From NCBI GenBank assembly GCA_963705105.1, contig CAVPIW010000006.1, positions 224,001-288,000 on the forward strand: a stretch of 64,000 nucleotides of DNA. The letters are read 5' to 3'. Numbering within the stretch: the first letter of the stretch is position 1; each line of letters opens with the position of its first letter. Source of the DNA: an uncultured Nitrospiraceae bacterium. GTDB taxonomy: Bacteria > Nitrospirota > Thermodesulfovibrionia > Thermodesulfovibrionales > Dissulfurispiraceae. This document shows, one piece after another, positions 20,208 to 30,310 of this stretch. A model generated the notes under the pieces. The model made no database searches and had not been told where the DNA came from. It worked only from the letters and a program-made list of their open reading frames with translations. The translations under genes were made by a program, and so were the position numbers.

Positions 20208-21617
20208 TCATTTCGGCACCTCGAAACTGAGACTGGAGGTGATGCTGCGGTAGTCGGCATCGGGGTCGCCTTTCAGGGGGTCTTTGTGAGAGATCGTGAA
20301 GAGTTGGTCTCCTTTCGTCAGTGGCACCTGGGCAACGCCGTCCTGGTCGGTCTCCGCAACCTTCTCATGGTCACCTCCTATGACCTCCGCTTTCACGAGG
20401 GGTTTGCCCATGAGGAGGACCCGGACCGGCAGTTTATCTCCTGCCTTCATCTGGAAGGGGTTCTTCAGCGGTATCATATCGATCATGAAGCCTTCGACGG
20501 GCTTCTGGGCCGCGTCGCTCCATGAAAGGATGGTCTTCGAGTAATTGAAGGACCTGTTCGCCTCGACGACCCGGCTCGCCTGGCGCTTCGGCAGGTTCTT
20601 CCAGCCGTAGATCGTTTTTGACCAGTAGCCGTTGTCGATTTCCACAGCCATGATGGAAGGCTGCTCCGCCGGCTTAAGAACGACGGCTTTCTCCTTCTTT
20701 TCCCGTGAGACGGCGACGGCCTTCCCCTGGGAGTCAAAGGCCCGGATTGTTTTGATTTTCGACGGATCAACGTCCTCCCTGTGCTTGCCGTGGCCGAAGA
20801 CGACGCTGTACTCCCTGCCGTGCCGCTCGATCCAGTAATCATGGGCGAAGGCTGTCGACGACAAGGAGAAGAAAAAGGTGAAGAAGAGGATGACGGCGGG
20901 CTTCCATCCCCTGGCGCCATCGGGCTGGAACCTGGAAAGCGCGAGAAGCACGAGCACCGTCACCGTCGCTTCCAGAAATCCGACGGCCGTGAGATGGGGG
21001 AGCATCACCGCGGGGATTGCCACATCGAGGGAGTAGGGGAAGTAGAGGGATGCACCGGCGCTCTTGTGGAGCAACGGCTGTATGCCGAGTTCGAGGGCGG
21101 TGAAAAGGGCGCCCAGATTGACGGAGACGTATGCAGCCAGACCGGAGCCGACGAGGCGAAGGGTGAAGGGGGGCTCCGATGAAGCAGGTTTGCCGGTTTC
21201 CCGGACACTGCCGCCGAGAGAACCCAGGGATGTGACGAGCCTGCTGATGAAGAAAGCGCTCATTGAACCGATAAAGGCGATATTAAAACAATTCGCCCCG
21301 ATGGCGGTAATTCCTCCGTCGCCGAAGACGAGGGCCTGGATGATGAGCGCCACCGATACGGCCAGAATGGCGGCCCAGGGACCGAGGAGAACGCTGATCA
21401 GCGCCGTACCGCTCATGTGGCCGCTCGTTCCGCCGGGCAGGGGAACGGTGAAGATCATCACCATGAGGCTGAAGGCCGAGGCCGTCGCGAGAAACGGCAC
21501 CTGCGACGCCTTCATCGTATCCTTCATTTTGCGAGACGCGAACATCCATATGGGAACCATGGCGGCCCAAAGGCCTCCGTATGTGACCGGTCCGAGATAA
21601 CCGTCGGGTATGTGCAT
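20208..21617 (-). CDS. cbiM: ECF S component NikM/CbiM fused to a DUF4198 (NikK-like) periplasmic domain
   Basis: MHIPDGYL N-terminus, GGTSGH, GDGGITAIGAN, MLPHL; then AFA-HDYWIE..FGHG..IPLKNP..TDQDG. Confidence 0.88.
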   Translation of the reverse strand: MHIPDGYLGPVTYGGLWAAMVPIWMFASRKMKDTMKASQVPFLATASAFSLMVMIFTVPLPGGTSGHMSGTALISVLLGPWAAILAVSVALIIQALVFGDGGITAIGANCFNIAFIGSMSAFFISRLVTSLGSLGGSVRETGKPASSEPPFTLRLVGSGLAAYVSVNLGALFTALELGIQPLLHKSAGASLYFPYSLDVAIPAVMLPHLTAVGFLEATVTVLVLLALSRFQPDGARGWKPAVILFFTFFFSLSSTAFAHDYWIERHGREYSVVFGHGKHREDVDPSKIKTIRAFDSQGKAVAVSREKKEKAVVLKPAEQPSIMAVEIDNGYWSKTIYGWKNLPKRQASRVVEANRSFNYSKTILSWSDAAQKPVEGFMIDMIPLKNPFQMKAGDKLPVRVLLMGKPLVKAEVIGGDHEKVAETDQDGVAQVPLTKGDQLFTISHKDPLKGDPDADYRSITSSLSFEVPK

Positions 21618-21693
21618 GTCTACACCCCCTTTTCTACGTCAGTGAGCGGAATACGTCGGCCCTTCGGGGAAGTGCCCCTGCGCAGCATGGGTC

Positions 21694-21760
21694 AAAAAAA
21701 ACAAAAAGAGCCACGAGCGCGTTTAAACCTTCTGGTTTAAAAAGCCTTCGTGGCTCTTTT
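21694..21760 (-). promoter_or_regulatory. Leader terminator/attenuator hairpin upstream of the Ni operon
   Basis: Minus strand AAAAGAGCCACGA...TTTAAACC-AGAA-GGTTTAAA...TCGTGGCTCTTTT followed by TGTTTTTTTT. Confidence 0.7.
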
Positions 21761-21766
21761 ACAAAC

Positions 21767-21796
21767 ATGATACAGGGCAGCCTGATGGTTTGTCAA
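21767..21796 (-). promoter_or_regulatory. Sigma70 promoter of the Ni operon
   Basis: Minus strand TTGACA-18 nt-TATCAT. Confidence 0.7.
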
Positions 21797-21894
21797 CGCG
21801 CAAGGCGCAAGGCCGCCAAGAGCTCAAAGAAAGAGTGGCAGTGTCTGTGACAGCGATAAGAGTAATTCAGGAGCGAAACCTGATAGACTACATC

Positions 21895-22185
21895 ATGGGC
21901 CGGGAAGAGCAGGATCAGCAGGAGATGGACGAGATCCTCGGGATCACGCGCTGTGCCCGCTGCGGCCACCGCCTGAACGGCGAGATTGAGTGCCCCTTCT
22001 GCTCCCTTTTCCCCGATCCGCCGAGGAAAAAAGAGATCCCCAAGTGGGTCTATATAACGGCCTGCTTTCTCACATCCCCTGTCAGCCTGTATCCGATCGT
22101 CACGACCGACCGCCTGTCGGTATTCGAAAAGGTCTTCGCCTTTTCGGGATGCCTGATCTGGTTCGCCCTCTACTTTTTGTCTTGA
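21895..22185 (+). CDS. Small membrane protein with a CxxC...CxxC zinc ribbon
   Basis: CARC..CPFC followed by two hydrophobic segments; start inferred. Confidence 0.6.
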   Translation: MGREEQDQQEMDEILGITRCARCGHRLNGEIECPFCSLFPDPPRKKEIPKWVYITACFLTSPVSLYPIVTTDRLSVFEKVFAFSGCLIWFALYFLS

Positions 22186-22211
22186 CCACCCCCGGGACTG
22201 TCAGATAGAGT
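22182..22211 (+). promoter_or_regulatory. Candidate sigma70 promoter giving a leaderless panC mRNA
   Basis: TTGACC-18 nt-TAGAGT ending 5 nt before the ATG; no SD. Confidence 0.45.
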
Positions 22212-22216
22212 ACTCC

Positions 22217-23065
<849 letters not shown>

Positions 23066-23071
23066 ACCGCC

Positions 23072-23494
23072 TCACTTCGGGATCCAAACCTTTCCTTTGT
23101 CGATGATGTGCTCGACGGTCCAGCCCCGCCTGTGGAGCTCCCGGGCGATCCAGCGCCGGTGACATTTCCAGGGGAACTTCTCGGCGCAGATGATGACGGA
23201 GACCGATGCCGCGGCGATGGATTCAAGGAGGTCGATGCCCTTCATGAACTCCGCCGTCTCTGCGTATGCCTCGTAGCCTCCCTTGCGGAATCCCCCCAGT
23301 TCCCGCCCGAGATAGGCATAGGCGAGCCCCTCTCTCTCGAGAATTGACTTGAGGTTATGCTGAGTAAATATCTGTATTTTGCTCTTCGGAAAGCTGCGGA
23401 CATCGACGATGGTGCCGGTGGAATAGAAGAGGAGGATCTCGATGAAATCCTCCTCGCTCCTGAGGTCCGTGCCGAGGGTGAAGACCGTCTTCAG
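23072..23494 (-). CDS. DUF488-family protein, probable CTG start (absent from ORF track)
   Basis: Manual translation [51 protein letters not shown]; 141 codons. Confidence 0.82.
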   Translation of the reverse strand: MKTVFTLGTDLRSEEDFIEILLFYSTGTIVDVRSFPKSKIQIFTQHNLKSILEREGLAYAYLGRELGGFRKGGYEAYAETAEFMKGIDLLESIAAASVSVIICAEKFPWKCHRRWIARELHRRGWTVEHIIDKGKVWIPK

Positions 23495-24714
23495 ATCGAA
23501 CTCTTTATGAACTTCGGGACGACGACGATGCCGCCGGGGCTGACGTGAAACCTTTTCTTGTCCTCTTCGAGGTCAAAGCCGATCTTTTCGCCCGGCGGGA
23601 TGTAGACGTCCTTGTCGATGATGGCACGCCTGATTTCGGCATGCCTGCCCACCTCGACGTTTTCCATGAGGATCGATCCATGCACTTTCGCCCAGCTGTT
23701 GATCCTGACATTCGGCGACAGGATGGAGTTCTGGACCCGGCCGCCGCTGACGATGCATCCGTCGCAGACGATCGAGTCGAGGGCGATGCCGAGCCGGCCG
23801 CCCTTCTTTTCCTGTGCGAAGACGAACTTTGCCGGGGGGTTCTGGGTCTGATAGGTCCGGATGGGCCAGTCCTTGTCATAGAGGTTCAGGTGAGGCTCGA
23901 CGGCGACGAGGTCCATGTTGGCCTCCCAGTATGAGTCCAGCGTCCCCACGTCCCGCCAGTACTTCGCCTCCTTCTTGTTCTCGTCCCTGAAATTGTATGC
24001 ATAGAGTTTCCCCTTGTCGATCATTGCAGGGATGATGTCTTTTCCGAAATCATGGGCCGACTTCTTCTCCGCGTCCGCCTTTAGCTCGCCGATGAGCTCC
24101 TCCGTGTTGAAGAGGTAGATGCCCATAGAGGCGAGGCACTGATTCGGTTTGCCCGGTATGGTCTTGGGGTGTTTGGGCTTTTCCTCGAAGCCGACGATCC
24201 GCCAGTCCTCGTCGACCTGCATGACGCCGAAGGACGACGCCGTCTTCTTGTCCACCTCGATGGCCCCGATCGTCCCGAAGGCGTTTTTGTTACGATGAAA
24301 GGCGTACATGTCGGAGTAGTCCATCTTGTAGATGTGGTCGCCCGACAGGATCAGGACAAAGGGCAGCTCGAACCGCTCGATGAAATAGATATTCTGGTAG
24401 ACCGCGTCGGCCGTGCCGGAATACCACCGCTCATCGATGCGCTGCTGAGGGGGGATGGTGAAGATGAACTCGTCCATGTCGGAGGCGATCAGGTTGCTCC
24501 ATCCCTTGGAGATGTGGCGGTCCAGCGAGAGGGATTTGTACTGGGTGAAAATGCCGATCTTCCTGATGCCCGCATTGATGCAGTTGCTGAGAGTGAAATC
24601 GATGATACGGTATTTTCCACCGAAGGGGACGGCGGGTTTCGCCCGGTGTATGGTCAGGGGGCTCAGACGCTCGCCTTTTCCGCCAGCCAGGACAATGGCC
24701 AAGAGTTCTTTCAT
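23491..24714 (-). CDS. glgC: Glucose-1-phosphate adenylyltransferase
   Basis: [64 protein letters not shown]. Confidence 0.97.
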   Translation of the reverse strand: MKELLAIVLAGGKGERLSPLTIHRAKPAVPFGGKYRIIDFTLSNCINAGIRKIGIFTQYKSLSLDRHISKGWSNLIASDMDEFIFTIPPQQRIDERWYSGTADAVYQNIYFIERFELPFVLILSGDHIYKMDYSDMYAFHRNKNAFGTIGAIEVDKKTASSFGVMQVDEDWRIVGFEEKPKHPKTIPGKPNQCLASMGIYLFNTEELIGELKADAEKKSAHDFGKDIIPAMIDKGKLYAYNFRDENKKEAKYWRDVGTLDSYWEANMDLVAVEPHLNLYDKDWPIRTYQTQNPPAKFVFAQEKKGGRLGIALDSIVCDGCIVSGGRVQNSILSPNVRINSWAKVHGSILMENVEVGRHAEIRRAIIDKDVYIPPGEKIGFDLEEDKKRFHVSPGGIVVVPKFIKSSI

Positions 24715-24748
24715 GCTCGTCTCCTTGACTGTCTGATGTGATCAAAAA

Positions 24749-24777
24749 ACTATATCAGGAAACAATGGGCCTGTCAA
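24749..24777 (-). promoter_or_regulatory. Sigma70 promoter of glgC
   Basis: Minus strand TTGACA-17 nt-TATAGT. Confidence 0.7.
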
Positions 24778-24792
24778 TCGCATGAACTGATC

Positions 24793-24826
24793 GTGTGAGT
24801 GTGAGTGTCAGTGTCAGTGAAAGGAG
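24793..24826 (+). repeat. Hexamer tandem array ending AGTGAAAGGAG
   Basis: GTGTGAGTGTGAGTGTCAGTGTCAGTGAAAGGAG. Confidence 0.85.
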
Positions 24827-24910
24827 TATTCGGAGGGAAAAGCCAACTGGAAAACAACAGGAACTCTCTGTTACAATGAGGATCAATTTTTTTTCCAGAG
24901 GGATGCGTTC

Positions 24911-25645
24911 ATGAATGGACAGTTTGGCCTTGTAACAGGCGCGGCGCGGGGCATCGGCAGGGAGATCGCGGACTCATTGGCCCGGCGCGGCGTCTCCATC
25001 GCCGTTGTGGACGTCGACGCCGACAGCGCGGAAAAGGCTGCTGCGGAGATCAGGGAAAAGGGCGTCAAAAGCATCGCCCTGAAGTCGGACATATCGAGCG
25101 CGTCGGAGGTCAAGGCGATCTTCGAGGCCGTCATGAAGGACTTCGGCAGGATCGACATCGTTGTTAACAACGCGGGCATCACACGGGACGGCCTCATTCT
25201 CCGCATGAAAGAGGAGGACTGGGACGCCGTCATCAATGTGAATCTCCGGGGCACATTTCTCTGCTGCAGGGAGGCCATCAAGATCATGTCGAAGCAGAGG
25301 CACGGCCGCATCGTCAACGTGTCGTCCGTTGTAGCCTTCATGGGCAATGCGGGGCAGGCGAACTACAGCGCCTCGAAGGCCGGCATGATCGGCCTGACGA
25401 AGACGCTCGCAAAGGAGTATGCATCCCGCGGCATCACGGTGAATGCCGTGGCCCCGGGGTTCATCACGACGGCCATGACCGACGCCCTTCCCGACCAGGT
25501 GAAGCAGGACATGCTGAAAGCCATACCGATGAACAGGTTCGGCACGGTGGAGGATGTGGCCAATGCCGTCGTTTTTCTCGCTTCGGCCGAAGCGGCGTAC
25601 ATAACGGGACAGGTGATCCATATCAACGGCGGTTTGTACATGTAG
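24911..25645 (+). CDS. fabG: 3-oxoacyl-ACP reductase
   Basis: TGAARGIG, NNAGITRD, GQANYSASK; upstream of acpP. Confidence 0.95.
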   Translation: MNGQFGLVTGAARGIGREIADSLARRGVSIAVVDVDADSAEKAAAEIREKGVKSIALKSDISSASEVKAIFEAVMKDFGRIDIVVNNAGITRDGLILRMKEEDWDAVINVNLRGTFLCCREAIKIMSKQRHGRIVNVSSVVAFMGNAGQANYSASKAGMIGLTKTLAKEYASRGITVNAVAPGFITTAMTDALPDQVKQDMLKAIPMNRFGTVEDVANAVVFLASAEAAYITGQVIHINGGLYM

Positions 25646-25700
25646 CCCCGTCCATACTGCGTGTAACGAAATTCAGATCATAGAATGAGGAGGGAATCGA

Positions 25701-25931
25701 ATGATTGATGAAAAGGTGAAAGAAATTGTGGCAAAGCAGCTCGGCGTCGATCAGTCCGAGGTGACACCGGAGGCGTCCTTCGTTGACGACCTCGGTGCGG
25801 ACTCGCTGGACACGGTGGAGCTCGTGATGGCTTTTGAAGAGGCCTTCAATATCGAGATCCCCGATGAGGACGCCGAAAAGATAGCAAAAGTCAAGGACGC
25901 GATCGAATATATCAAGAACAAAGTAGGATGA
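25701..25931 (+). CDS. acpP: Acyl carrier protein
   Basis: [14 protein letters not shown]. Confidence 0.97.
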   Translation: MIDEKVKEIVAKQLGVDQSEVTPEASFVDDLGADSLDTVELVMAFEEAFNIEIPDEDAEKIAKVKDAIEYIKNKVG

Positions 25932-27178
25932 GCGACAAGAGAAGGGTCGTCGTAACGGGACTGGGAAATATCGCCCCGATCGGCATCGGCACGGAGGCGG
26001 CGTGGCAGGCCGCGCTCGCCGGTAAATCGGGGATCTGCCCCATCACGCAGTTCGACGCTTCATCCATCCCGGTGCGTATCGCCGGGGAGGTGAAGGGATT
26101 CAATCCCGAGGACTACATCGAGCCGAAAGAGATCAAGAAGATGGACCGGTTCATCCATTTCGCAATCGCCGCCTCTGCGATGGCCATGAAGGACTCGGGT
26201 TTCAAGGTCACCGACGAGAACGCGGAGCGGGTCGGCGTCATCATCGGTTCAGGCATCGGCGGACTCCCTGCCATCGAGCACTACCACAAGGCGCTGCTCG
26301 AAAAGGGGTACCGCCGCATATCGCCCTTCTTCATCCCCATGCTCATCGTCAACCTCGCGGCGGGCAACGTCTCCATCCGCCTCGGCGCGAAGGGACCCAA
26401 CACCGCCGTGTCGACGGCCTGTGCGACGGGCAGCCATGCCATCGGCGACGCCTACAAGATCATCCAGCGCGGGGATGCCGATGTCATGGTCGCCGGGGGC
26501 GCGGAAGCGGTGGTCACCGCCCTCGGGATAGCCGGCTTCGCCGTCATGAAGGCGCTGTCCACGAGAAACGACGAGCCCGAGAAGGCGAGCAGGCCCTTTG
26601 ACGCCGACCGGGACGGTTTCGTCGTCGGTGAGGGAGCGGGCGTGGTGATCCTCGAGACCCTGGAGAGCGCCCTCGCCAGGAACAGCAGGATATACGCCGA
26701 GATCGTCGGGTACGGCATGTCGAGCGACGCCTACCACATAACGACACCCGCTCCGAACGGCGAGGGGGCGGCGCGCTGTATGAAGGCCGCGCTGAAGGAC
26801 GCCGGTGCGGCGCCTGAAGTGGTCGGATACATCAATGCCCACGGGACGTCGACAAAATACGGCGACGAGCTCGAAACGGCGGCGATAAAGTCCGTTTTTG
26901 GAAAACATGCCTACAATCTCTGCGTCAGCTCGACGAAGTCCATGATCGGCCATCTCCTCGGCGCCGCCGGGGGGGTGGAGGCAGTCTTTACGATCCTCAG
27001 CATCTATCACGGCATGGTTCACCCGACGATCAACCTCGACACTCCCGATCCCGAGTGCGACCTCGATTATGTGCCGCACAAGGCAAGGGCCGTCGACATC
27101 GAGTACGCCCTTTCAAATTCCTTCGGGTTCGGCGGAACGAATGCCTGCCTCCTATTCAGAAAATACCGGGGAGCTTGA
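25928..27178 (+). CDS. fabF: Beta-ketoacyl-ACP synthase II
   Basis: [34 protein letters not shown]. Confidence 0.97.
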   Translation: MSDKRRVVVTGLGNIAPIGIGTEAAWQAALAGKSGICPITQFDASSIPVRIAGEVKGFNPEDYIEPKEIKKMDRFIHFAIAASAMAMKDSGFKVTDENAERVGVIIGSGIGGLPAIEHYHKALLEKGYRRISPFFIPMLIVNLAAGNVSIRLGAKGPNTAVSTACATGSHAIGDAYKIIQRGDADVMVAGGAEAVVTALGIAGFAVMKALSTRNDEPEKASRPFDADRDGFVVGEGAGVVILETLESALARNSRIYAEIVGYGMSSDAYHITTPAPNGEGAARCMKAALKDAGAAPEVVGYINAHGTSTKYGDELETAAIKSVFGKHAYNLCVSSTKSMIGHLLGAAGGVEAVFTILSIYHGMVHPTINLDTPDPECDLDYVPHKARAVDIEYALSNSFGFGGTNACLLFRKYRGA

Positions 27179-27845
27179 AGACGCGATCGGTTACCGCTTC
27201 AGGGACAGCCGACTCCTCGTCGAAGCACTGACGCATTCCTCCTATCACAACGAAAACCCCGGCGACTCTCCGGGCCATAACGAACGCCTCGAATTTCTCG
27301 GCGACTCCGTCCTGGGCCTCGCCGTCGCCGAGATCCTCTACCGTGACGCCCTCTCTCTCACCGAAGCGGAGATGTCGAAGATGAGGTCCTACCTCGTCCG
27401 CGAATCGGTCCTGTTCGATGTGGCCTACTTCCTTTCCCTCGGGAAATACCTGAGACTCGGCAGAGGCGAGGAATCGACGGGGGGAAGGCAGAAGAAGTCC
27501 GTCCTCTCCGACGCGCTCGAAGCGCTTGTCGGGGCCGTCTTCCTGGACAGCGGATACGGGACCGTGAAGGACATGGTCGGCAGGCTGCTCGGCGACCGCA
27601 TCGCCATGGTCATCGCGAAGAAGGAGGGGCTCGATTTCAAGAGCGAGTTGCAGGAGCGATGCCAGGGCCTGCTCGGCAAGCCTCCGGACTACAGGATCGT
27701 GAAACAGGAAGGGGAGGAGCACAGGAAAATCTTCACGGCCGAGGTGGTCGTCGACGGTCTCGTGTCGGGCGTCGGGAAGGGGAGGAGCAAGAAAGAGGCG
27801 GAGATGGCTGCAGCGCGGGAAGCACTGAAGAAGATGACACTATGA
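27141..27845 (+). CDS. rnc: Ribonuclease III
   Basis: [27 protein letters not shown], dsRBD; start inferred, overlaps the fabF end. Confidence 0.95.
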   Translation: MPASYSENTGELEDAIGYRFRDSRLLVEALTHSSYHNENPGDSPGHNERLEFLGDSVLGLAVAEILYRDALSLTEAEMSKMRSYLVRESVLFDVAYFLSLGKYLRLGRGEESTGGRQKKSVLSDALEALVGAVFLDSGYGTVKDMVGRLLGDRIAMVIAKKEGLDFKSELQERCQGLLGKPPDYRIVKQEGEEHRKIFTAEVVVDGLVSGVGKGRSKKEAEMAAAREALKKMTL

Positions 27846-29068
27846 ACAGGCAGGTCCTCTCGTGGTGCCTCTTTGATTTTGCGAATTCGAGCTTTTCCGC
27901 CGTCATCGCCGCCGTCATATTTCCCGTCTATTACACCTCGGTGATCGTCGGCAACGAGTCTGGCCTGGGCGATCTCTGGTGGGGCTGGGCGATATCCCTC
28001 AGCATGGCCGTCGTCGCCTTCTCGTCGCCCTTCCTCGGCGGCATTGCGGACCATGCCCGCATCCGCAAAAGGCTTCTCTTCGTGTACACCCTACTCTGCG
28101 TGACTGCCGTCGCCTCCTTCGCATTTCTCGGTAAGGGAGACGTCGTTGCCGGTTTCGTCCTCATCGTCCTGGCCAACATCGGCATGGAGGGCGGCTTCGT
28201 CTTCTACAACTCCTTCCTGCCCGACATCGCCGAAAGGAGCCACCAGGGGAGGGTTTCCGCCTGGGGCTACGGCGTCGGCTATGCCGGGTCCATCGCATCC
28301 CTTCTCCTGGCCCTGCTGCTTATCAGGCAGGGCCGGATAGAGATGGCATGGCCCATGGTCGCCGCTTTTTTCAGCCTCTTTGCTCTGCCTGCTTTTCTGT
28401 ACCTGCCGAAAGACGAGCGCGGCGGAGAGGGGATCGTCAGAGCCGCCGGGCTCGGCGTGAGTCAGATCTGGAACCGCTTCCGGTCCATCTGGTCGAACAG
28501 GAACGAGAGGAGATTCCTCATCGCCTACCTCATTTATGAGGACGGCGTCAACACCGTCATCGTCTTCTCCAGCATCTTCGCCGCCACGACGCTCCATTTC
28601 CGTCCCGAGGAGCTGATCGCGATGTACCTCATCGTCCAGGTGACGGCCCTGGCCGGCTCCTTCCTCATGGCGCGTCCCATCGACCTGTGGGGGCCGAAGC
28701 GGGTCGTCGTCATCTCCCTGGGACTCTGGATGACCGTCTCGATCGCGGCCTATTTCATCCATGAGAAGGTCCTTTTCTTCGGCCTCGCCTCCGTCGCGGG
28801 ATTCGGTCTCGGCACTGTTCAGGCCTCGTCCAGGGCTTTCTTTACGCAGTTCGTCCCCGACGGCCAGGAATCGGAATACTTCGGCGCCTATGCCCTCGTC
28901 GGCAAATCGTCGTCGATCCTGGGGCCGCTCCTATTCGGATACATCTCCACGGGCTTCGGCAGTCAGCGCCCCGCCATCCTCTCTGTGGCGCTGCTCTTCT
29001 TCGCCGGCCTGCTCATCATCAGGACCGTCGAGGGCGGCAGGCCGAACGTGCAGCGCACTTCCGCATGA
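27842..29068 (+). CDS. MFS transporter (UMF1/ATG22-like)
   Basis: WCLFDFANS, FYNSFLP, GRVSAWGYGVGYAG, about 12 TM segments. Confidence 0.88.
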   Translation: MNRQVLSWCLFDFANSSFSAVIAAVIFPVYYTSVIVGNESGLGDLWWGWAISLSMAVVAFSSPFLGGIADHARIRKRLLFVYTLLCVTAVASFAFLGKGDVVAGFVLIVLANIGMEGGFVFYNSFLPDIAERSHQGRVSAWGYGVGYAGSIASLLLALLLIRQGRIEMAWPMVAAFFSLFALPAFLYLPKDERGGEGIVRAAGLGVSQIWNRFRSIWSNRNERRFLIAYLIYEDGVNTVIVFSSIFAATTLHFRPEELIAMYLIVQVTALAGSFLMARPIDLWGPKRVVVISLGLWMTVSIAAYFIHEKVLFFGLASVAGFGLGTVQASSRAFFTQFVPDGQESEYFGAYALVGKSSSILGPLLFGYISTGFGSQRPAILSVALLFFAGLLIIRTVEGGRPNVQRTSA

Positions 29069-29137
29069 AATCGGCCATTGTTTTTCTGGTCGCATTCTTG
29101 AGTTCCATACTTTGGGTGCGGCAGTTCATCAAGTGAT

Positions 29138-29383
29138 TCTTCGCGTTGCATACGTCATCCGGAAAGGCGGAGCGAAGATGCCACCGCAAGAGTCATTAAG
29201 TCATTAAGTCATTGAGTCATTAAAGTCATTGAGTCATTAAAGTCATTGTCGGCAGTCGACAGTCGGAACAAGGTCACGAATACCAGGACGGCAGCGTCGA
29301 TATAAAAACGATTCCTTTCACTGACACTCACACTGACACTGTTTTCAGAGCGCTTCGCCCCGCCTTTTTGTGCAACTGCAGGG
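29138..29383 (+). mobile_element. MITE family A variant filled with octamer/heptamer/hexamer arrays, TGAT target duplication
   Basis: A-type ends; TGAT at 29134-29137 and 29384-29387; AGTCATT(A/G) array 29191-29248; inverted hexamer array 29313-29341. Confidence 0.75.
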
Positions 29384-29659
29384 TGATCCCTCGTCTCAAC
29401 TGTTGGGAAAAGACATCATGAAGGCAAACAACCTGCACACAGATTCGCCCCCCTGTCTTTTCGGGACTGTCGGCGAGAGTGTCTGCCTTGACACTCTGTT
29501 GTCTGTTGCGGCGGAATTTGTAATTCCCTGGCCGTATGTGATAGAATTTTAAGCTTTTTTACCGCTTTTGGAATCTTGAAACGGTGCGCTGTATCTGTTT
29601 GAAAAATAGATTGCAATCATGACTGAAAGGTATTTACAGAGGAGAGGAAGGTTTTGCAT

Positions 29660-30250
29660 ATGGAGACGATGAGCATTCTCTTTGCAGGGGTCGGTGGTCA
29701 GGGTATCGTGCTGGCCAGTAAGATTGTCGCCAAGACCGCTTTTCACGCCGGTTTGATGGTCAAGGAGAGCGAACTGCACGGCATGGCGCAGCGCGGTGGG
29801 AGCGTCATAAGCCACGTCCGCTTCGGTAGCGAGGTTCACTCGCCCCTGATCCCCCGCGGAAAGGCAGATATTCTCGTGGCCCTCGAAGAATTGGAAGGCC
29901 TGCGGTCCCTTCCCTACGTGAAAAAGGGAGGGCGGGTGATCATCAATAAGAAGCAGGTCATGCCGTCGTCTCTCGAGGCCGGGGCGCCCGGTTATCCGGA
30001 GGACGTGCGGGAGCGCTTCGAGGCGATGGGCATCGCCGTCGACAGCGTGAACGCCCTGGAGATCGCGAAAGGACTCGGCAATCTGAAAGTCGAGAATATC
30101 GTGATCGTCGGCCTCCTCTCGCGATATCTTCCCCTGCCGCTTCCTGCCTGGGAGGCTGCCATCAGGGAGTCGGTCCCCCCCAAAACGATCGATATCAATA
30201 TGCAGGGCTTTCAGAAGGGCAGGGAGCTGTTCGCCGGGCAGCCTGCATAA
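29660..30250 (+). CDS. iorB: Indolepyruvate:ferredoxin oxidoreductase beta subunit
   Basis: GVGGQGIVLAS, SELHGMAQRGGSVISHVR. Confidence 0.93.
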   Translation: METMSILFAGVGGQGIVLASKIVAKTAFHAGLMVKESELHGMAQRGGSVISHVRFGSEVHSPLIPRGKADILVALEELEGLRSLPYVKKGGRVIINKKQVMPSSLEAGAPGYPEDVRERFEAMGIAVDSVNALEIAKGLGNLKVENIVIVGLLSRYLPLPLPAWEAAIRESVPPKTIDINMQGFQKGRELFAGQPA

Positions 30251-30310
30251 CGTTGTTCACTGCTGCAATTGCCCGGACCGCAAGACATTATTAAAGAGAG
30301 AGGTGGATGC

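Noticed and set aside
29191..29248. CRISPR-like array
   Set aside because: Units are 8-9 bp in direct tandem with no unique spacers, and no cas genes are present
29420..29490. c-di-GMP-I riboswitch upstream of iorB (GGCAAAC plus hairpin)
   Set aside because: Lacks the GNRA-capped P1 and the GCAAA/P2 architecture; only a loose hairpin
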